Part shown: positions 60,561 through 64,000 of the stretch, in pieces
Position numbering within the stretch: position 1 is the stretch's first letter
Layout: the number at the start of each line of letters is the position of its first letter
Assembly: GCA_964016885.1 (NCBI GenBank)
Contig: OZ024741.1
Span: 401,202,001-401,266,000, forward strand
Length of the DNA stretch: 64,000 bases
Source of the DNA: Eledone cirrhosa
Lineage: Eukaryota
Reading direction: 5' to 3'
The notes under the pieces: generated by a model
What the model was told of the DNA's origin: nothing
Seen by the model: the letters and a program-made list of their open reading frames with translations, nothing else
The model's database searches: none
Translations under genes and position numbers: made by a program

Positions 60561-61419
60561 TGTAAGAAGAAAACTATAATACTGTAATGCCATAAAAGTA
60601 TTTTGTCTGATATCTCTTAACTAATTTGATACCTACCCCACCTGGAATTGCTTCTGATTCTCTAACAAAGTTCATCATCATCATCACCATTTTATGTCCG
60701 TTCTTCCACGCTAGCATGGGTTAGACGGGTTGTCCTGTTGTGAGCCATGTCCAGTCGGCCGACTTTGTCCTGCTCATACAGGAACTGATTCTGGCTTGAT
60801 TTCTACAGCTGGATGCCCTTCCTAACACCAACCCCATTTACAGTGAGTGCTGGGTGCTTTTTTTTCCATGGCGCCTACATGTCCACTTTACAGTGTGGGC
60901 TGGGTGCTTTTTTGCCGTGGCACTTCCACGACCACTTTGCAGTGGGAGGGGGTGGGGGCATATTGTCTATATGCTTCTGCTTCGGCTTGTTCCCGTGGGA
61001 AGTCAGGTCTTCTGTATTAGTAAAGTTATCTATTTTAAATGGTTCATATCTAAATCTTATAATTTCATATAAGAGCTTTGTTGTTCTGTTCTAAACACCA
61101 ACTTAAAGAAGAGGTAAGATAGAATTTGATTGACAAGATCCTAGACCTCATTTGCTTACCAAATGGAATGGAACTTTGCAAATCAAACCAAGGAAACAAT
61201 GTTTCCATTGGTCTTTTCATTGTTGATATTATTTACCAGTCACTGTTCCTGGTAGAAGTCAGTGTTACTAAAACTCTTCAAATTCTTTATAAAAGAAACA
61301 ATTTTGCAATTCACTAACATTTGTTTATTGAAGAAAAAATAAACAGGAAAAAAAAAAGAATTAAATAGTGAAAGCAGGGGAAAGTGGAGAACAAGCATCA
61401 TGCAGACAAAAAGGTGATA

Positions 61420-61665
61420 GTTTTGCTGTAAGACTCAGCCAGTGATACCTGCTACATCAGATACTCCACCTCTCTCAGGCCTCTTTCCTCGGGTGGGAGG
61501 CACACCTCACAATTTTATATTGGAAGACAGCAATTTAGGGATCAAAGGATCCTCAAGATTTTAATGGGGACTGGTATGAAACAATCACTCAAGTCATGGT
61601 TTTTCCTCTTTTCCATGTTACAGGATGCAGTGTCCAGATTTGTGGCCAAAGCAACAATTCTTCCT
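61420..61665 (-). mobile_element. Possible second, more decayed CRE-like remnant
   Basis: Minus frame …ASCNMEKRKNHDLSDCFIPVPIKILRIL resembles AE.RK..KY.DL…F.PVAIETLG. It has an A-rich flank like the 59.1-kb copy. Confidence 0.4.
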
Positions 61666-61899
61666 CATAGCAACTGATGGCAGCTTCTTTTATCATCATT
61701 AAGGGCCGTCAACCTATTTTATAGCATTGCCAAACATGAGCACACCACTGTATATATTAATTATTGATTATTGTCAAAATTATTTGAAACCTATTCAAAG
61801 TATTTTATGAGGAATATGGTCATGAAAGGGTTAAGTGTAATTGCTATTGTTTTATATCTAAATATGTATGTATGGTCCAATAATGCGCAAGGGAGTCAC

Positions 61900-62165
61900 A
61901 GGGGCACCATATTGATAAACAGACTTACAAGGGCATTTTTAGACCTAGTGGAGCCCATCTCCTCTCCAGGTCTGAATACGGCAAATTTGTTCCAGAGAAG
62001 AATAGAGAGCAAGAGAATGGAAATGAGAAAGATATAGAGAAAGAATCAACCCCAGTATTAGCCTGGTACATTTTTATCGACCTTGGATGAAAGGCAAAGT
62101 TGACGTTGGCAGGATTTGAACTCAGAGAGCAGAGAGTCAGAATAAATACCACAAAATACTCTATC
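61900..62165 (-). mobile_element. SINE with extended tail; inverted partner at ~63085-63335 and partial copy at ~63410-63550
   Basis: GGATGAAAGGCAAAGTTGAC…GGATTTGAACTCAG core plus CTCCAGGTCTGAATAC, present as reverse complement at ~63259-63275. Confidence 0.75.
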
Positions 62166-62282
62166 CAACATTCTAATGACTCTGCTAATTTGTCACCTTA
62201 TATATTTAAATATATATTAATTAAATATAAGTTAATTTCGCATTCATTATCTTTCATTTAGAATAATTATCTCATAGCTATA

Positions 62283-62335
62283 ATGTCTTTGTATTGTCCC
62301 CTTTTCTTGTGCGCCCTTGTGGCAAATAAAGAAAT
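62283..62335 (+). mobile_element. 53-bp extreme 3' end of the Tx1 family, opposite orientation
   Basis: ATGTCTTTGTATTGTCCCCTTTTCTTGTGCGCCCTTGTGGCAAATAAAGAAAT matches the reverse complement of 34475-34528. ATAATTATCTC is repeated at 62263-62273 and 62338-62348. Confidence 0.85.
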
Positions 62336-62535
62336 ATATAATTATCTCTGACTTTAGTAAACCTTTCAATTAAAATTTAAATATTTCATTGTTTTGTAAT
62401 ATCAATTTTTAAGGTTTTTTTTTAAATGTTTAATTACCAAACTTAAATATTATTTAATTCCATTAAAAGATCACGTGATAATGGATGATCAATTCCAATC
62501 AGAGTATTGATTAGATATATAACTAAAATACAGTG

Positions 62536-62596
62536 CAAATATAACACTGAGATGAGCAAATATAACACTGATGAGCAAATATAACACTGTGATGAG
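62536..62596. repeat. 3x ~20-bp tandem repeat GCAAATATAACACTG(A/T)GATGA
   Basis: Three direct copies visible. Each carries GCAAATA (TATTTGC on the minus strand). Confidence 0.85.
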
Positions 62597-62731
62597 AGAC
62601 TCACTGGACACACGTCACCTGAAATGATTATTTTTCTAAGAACACGCCTTCTTAAGAAAGAAAGCCTATTGGACATATTTCAATAGAGAAAAACTGAAGA
62701 ATATTTCAAGCTTCCCCAGGGGATCCAATAC

Positions 62732-62768
62732 TATATAAAGAAGCCAGTGATACCATTTAGTCTCAGTA
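62732..62768 (+). promoter_or_regulatory. Candidate Pol II core promoter (TATA + Inr)
   Basis: TATATAAAG at 62732-62740. TCAGT at 62763-62767 places its A 31 bp after TATAAA (62734). Confidence 0.5.
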
Positions 62769-62843
62769 TGTCTACTTGTTCACAACCATATTTCATACAT
62801 TTGGTTTAAAACATAGTTGTCATCTAACTAAGAAGAGATTGCC

Positions 62844-62932
62844 ATGCAGGTGGCAAACATACCTGTACTACTGGTCTTAGTATCCAGTGTGATTCTTGTA
62901 GCAGAAACTAGTATGGCAACTGACATGCAAAG
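62844..62932 (+). CDS. Candidate first coding exon of a secreted protein (signal-peptide-like)
   Basis: GCCATG start, then MQVANIPVLLVLVSSVILVAETSMATDMQ, then an AG|GTAAGG splice donor (phase 2). It lies ~80 nt downstream of the TATA/Inr. Confidence 0.5.
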
Positions 62933-62949
62933 GTAAGGAAATTCATTTA

Positions 62950-63070
62950 TATATATATAAGTATAGTATAAGGTGGTAAATATATACATAAGTATAGTAT
63001 AAGGTGGTAAATATATACATAAGTATAGTATAAGGTGGTAAATATATATATAAGTATAGTATAAGGTGGT
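62950..63070. repeat. 31-bp tandem repeat, ~4 copies
   Basis: AGGTGG at 62971, 63002, 63033, 63064. Confidence 0.92.
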
Positions 63071-63554
63071 ATAAGGTACACAGAATGCATTGTGGTATTT
63101 ATTCTGGCTCTCTTCTCTTTGACTTCAAATCCCACCAAAGTCAACTTTGCCTTTTATCCTCTTGAGGTTGATGAAAATAGTACCAGTCAAGTATTGGGGT
63201 TGATTCTTCCTCTATATCTCTTTCTCACACTGTCTATCCTTCCTGGAATAAATCTGCTGTATTCAGACCTGGAGAGGGGATGGGCTCCATCAGGCTTAAA
63301 ATACCCAAGAAACGCTGTATGCCACCACGGCACTCCTACAACTCTATCAGAATTTATGGAACCCTACTATACCATATAAGTATAGCATAATGTTGTCAAT
63401 TGATAAATAAAATGCTTTGCGACATTCATTTCAGCTTTCTGTACACTGAGTTCAAATCCCACAAAGGTCAATGCTGCCTTTTATTCTCTGAAGGTTGATT
63501 AAAAAGTACCAATCCAGTATGGAGATTGATTCTTCCTCTCTATCTCTTTATCAC

Positions 63555-63558
<4 letters not shown>

Positions 63559-63596
<38 letters not shown>

Positions 63597-63607
63597 TCTC
63601 TCTCTCT
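63559..63607. repeat. (CT)n microsatellite
   Basis: Direct reading. Confidence 0.95.
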
Positions 63608-63874
63608 ATCCTTCTCTGGAAGAAGTACAAATACACACCATACTTGTCTTACCTTTAATTTTTGGCTTGGTTTCTACAGCTGGGTATCCTCCCAAACACC
63701 AATCAGTTTACAATGTAGACTGGGAGCATGGTTTCTATGGCTGGATGCCCTTCCTAACGTCAACCACTTTACTGGGTGCTTTTCATCAGGACACCTGCAC
63801 TAACTCTTTACAGATTGGGCTTGACATCTTTAGTTTGAAATCTTCTTGGTTTTTAAATGGAAGGATGAGTTGAA

Positions 63875-63952
63875 AGAGAGAGAGAGAGAGAGTGAGAACG
63901 TGTGTGTATGAGAGAGAGAGAGGGAGAGAGAGAGAGAGTGAGAACGTGTGTG

Positions 63953-63988
<36 letters not shown>

Positions 63989-64000
63989 TGTGTGTATGAG
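63875..64000. repeat. Compound (GA)n-GAACGTGTGTGTAT repeat, 3 copies, running off the window end
   Basis: GAACGTGTGTGTATGAG occurs at ~63896, ~63942 and ~63984, separated by (GA)n. Confidence 0.9.

Overview
Eukaryotic, repeat-dominated window with no intact protein-coding gene. The SINE and RTE-tail families resemble those I recall from octopus/coleoid genomes (recall, not a search). Layout: (1) a 56-bp satellite at 1-3263. (2) It abuts directly onto a ~47-kb strand-asymmetric 18-bp minisatellite (CACATTGAGACACAGAGA and variants) with mosaic higher-order structure. (3) That array is interrupted twice by a ~3-kb island made of a 5'-truncated, doubly frameshifted Tx1/L1-clade retrotransposon plus ~570 bp of foreign DNA, copied by a recent 8332-bp tandem duplication. 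(4) From ~50.9 kb lies TE-rich single-copy DNA: further Tx1 3' ends, piggyBac-type TTAA MITEs (one growing a 72-bp tandem array, one inside a three-level nested insertion), RTE and CRE-like LINE remnants and tRNA-type SINEs. (5) Near 62.7-62.9 kb is a candidate TATA/Inr promoter and first exon encoding a signal-peptide-like N-terminus, which the ORF track misses. The hundreds of [18 protein letters not shown] ORFs are translations of the satellite.
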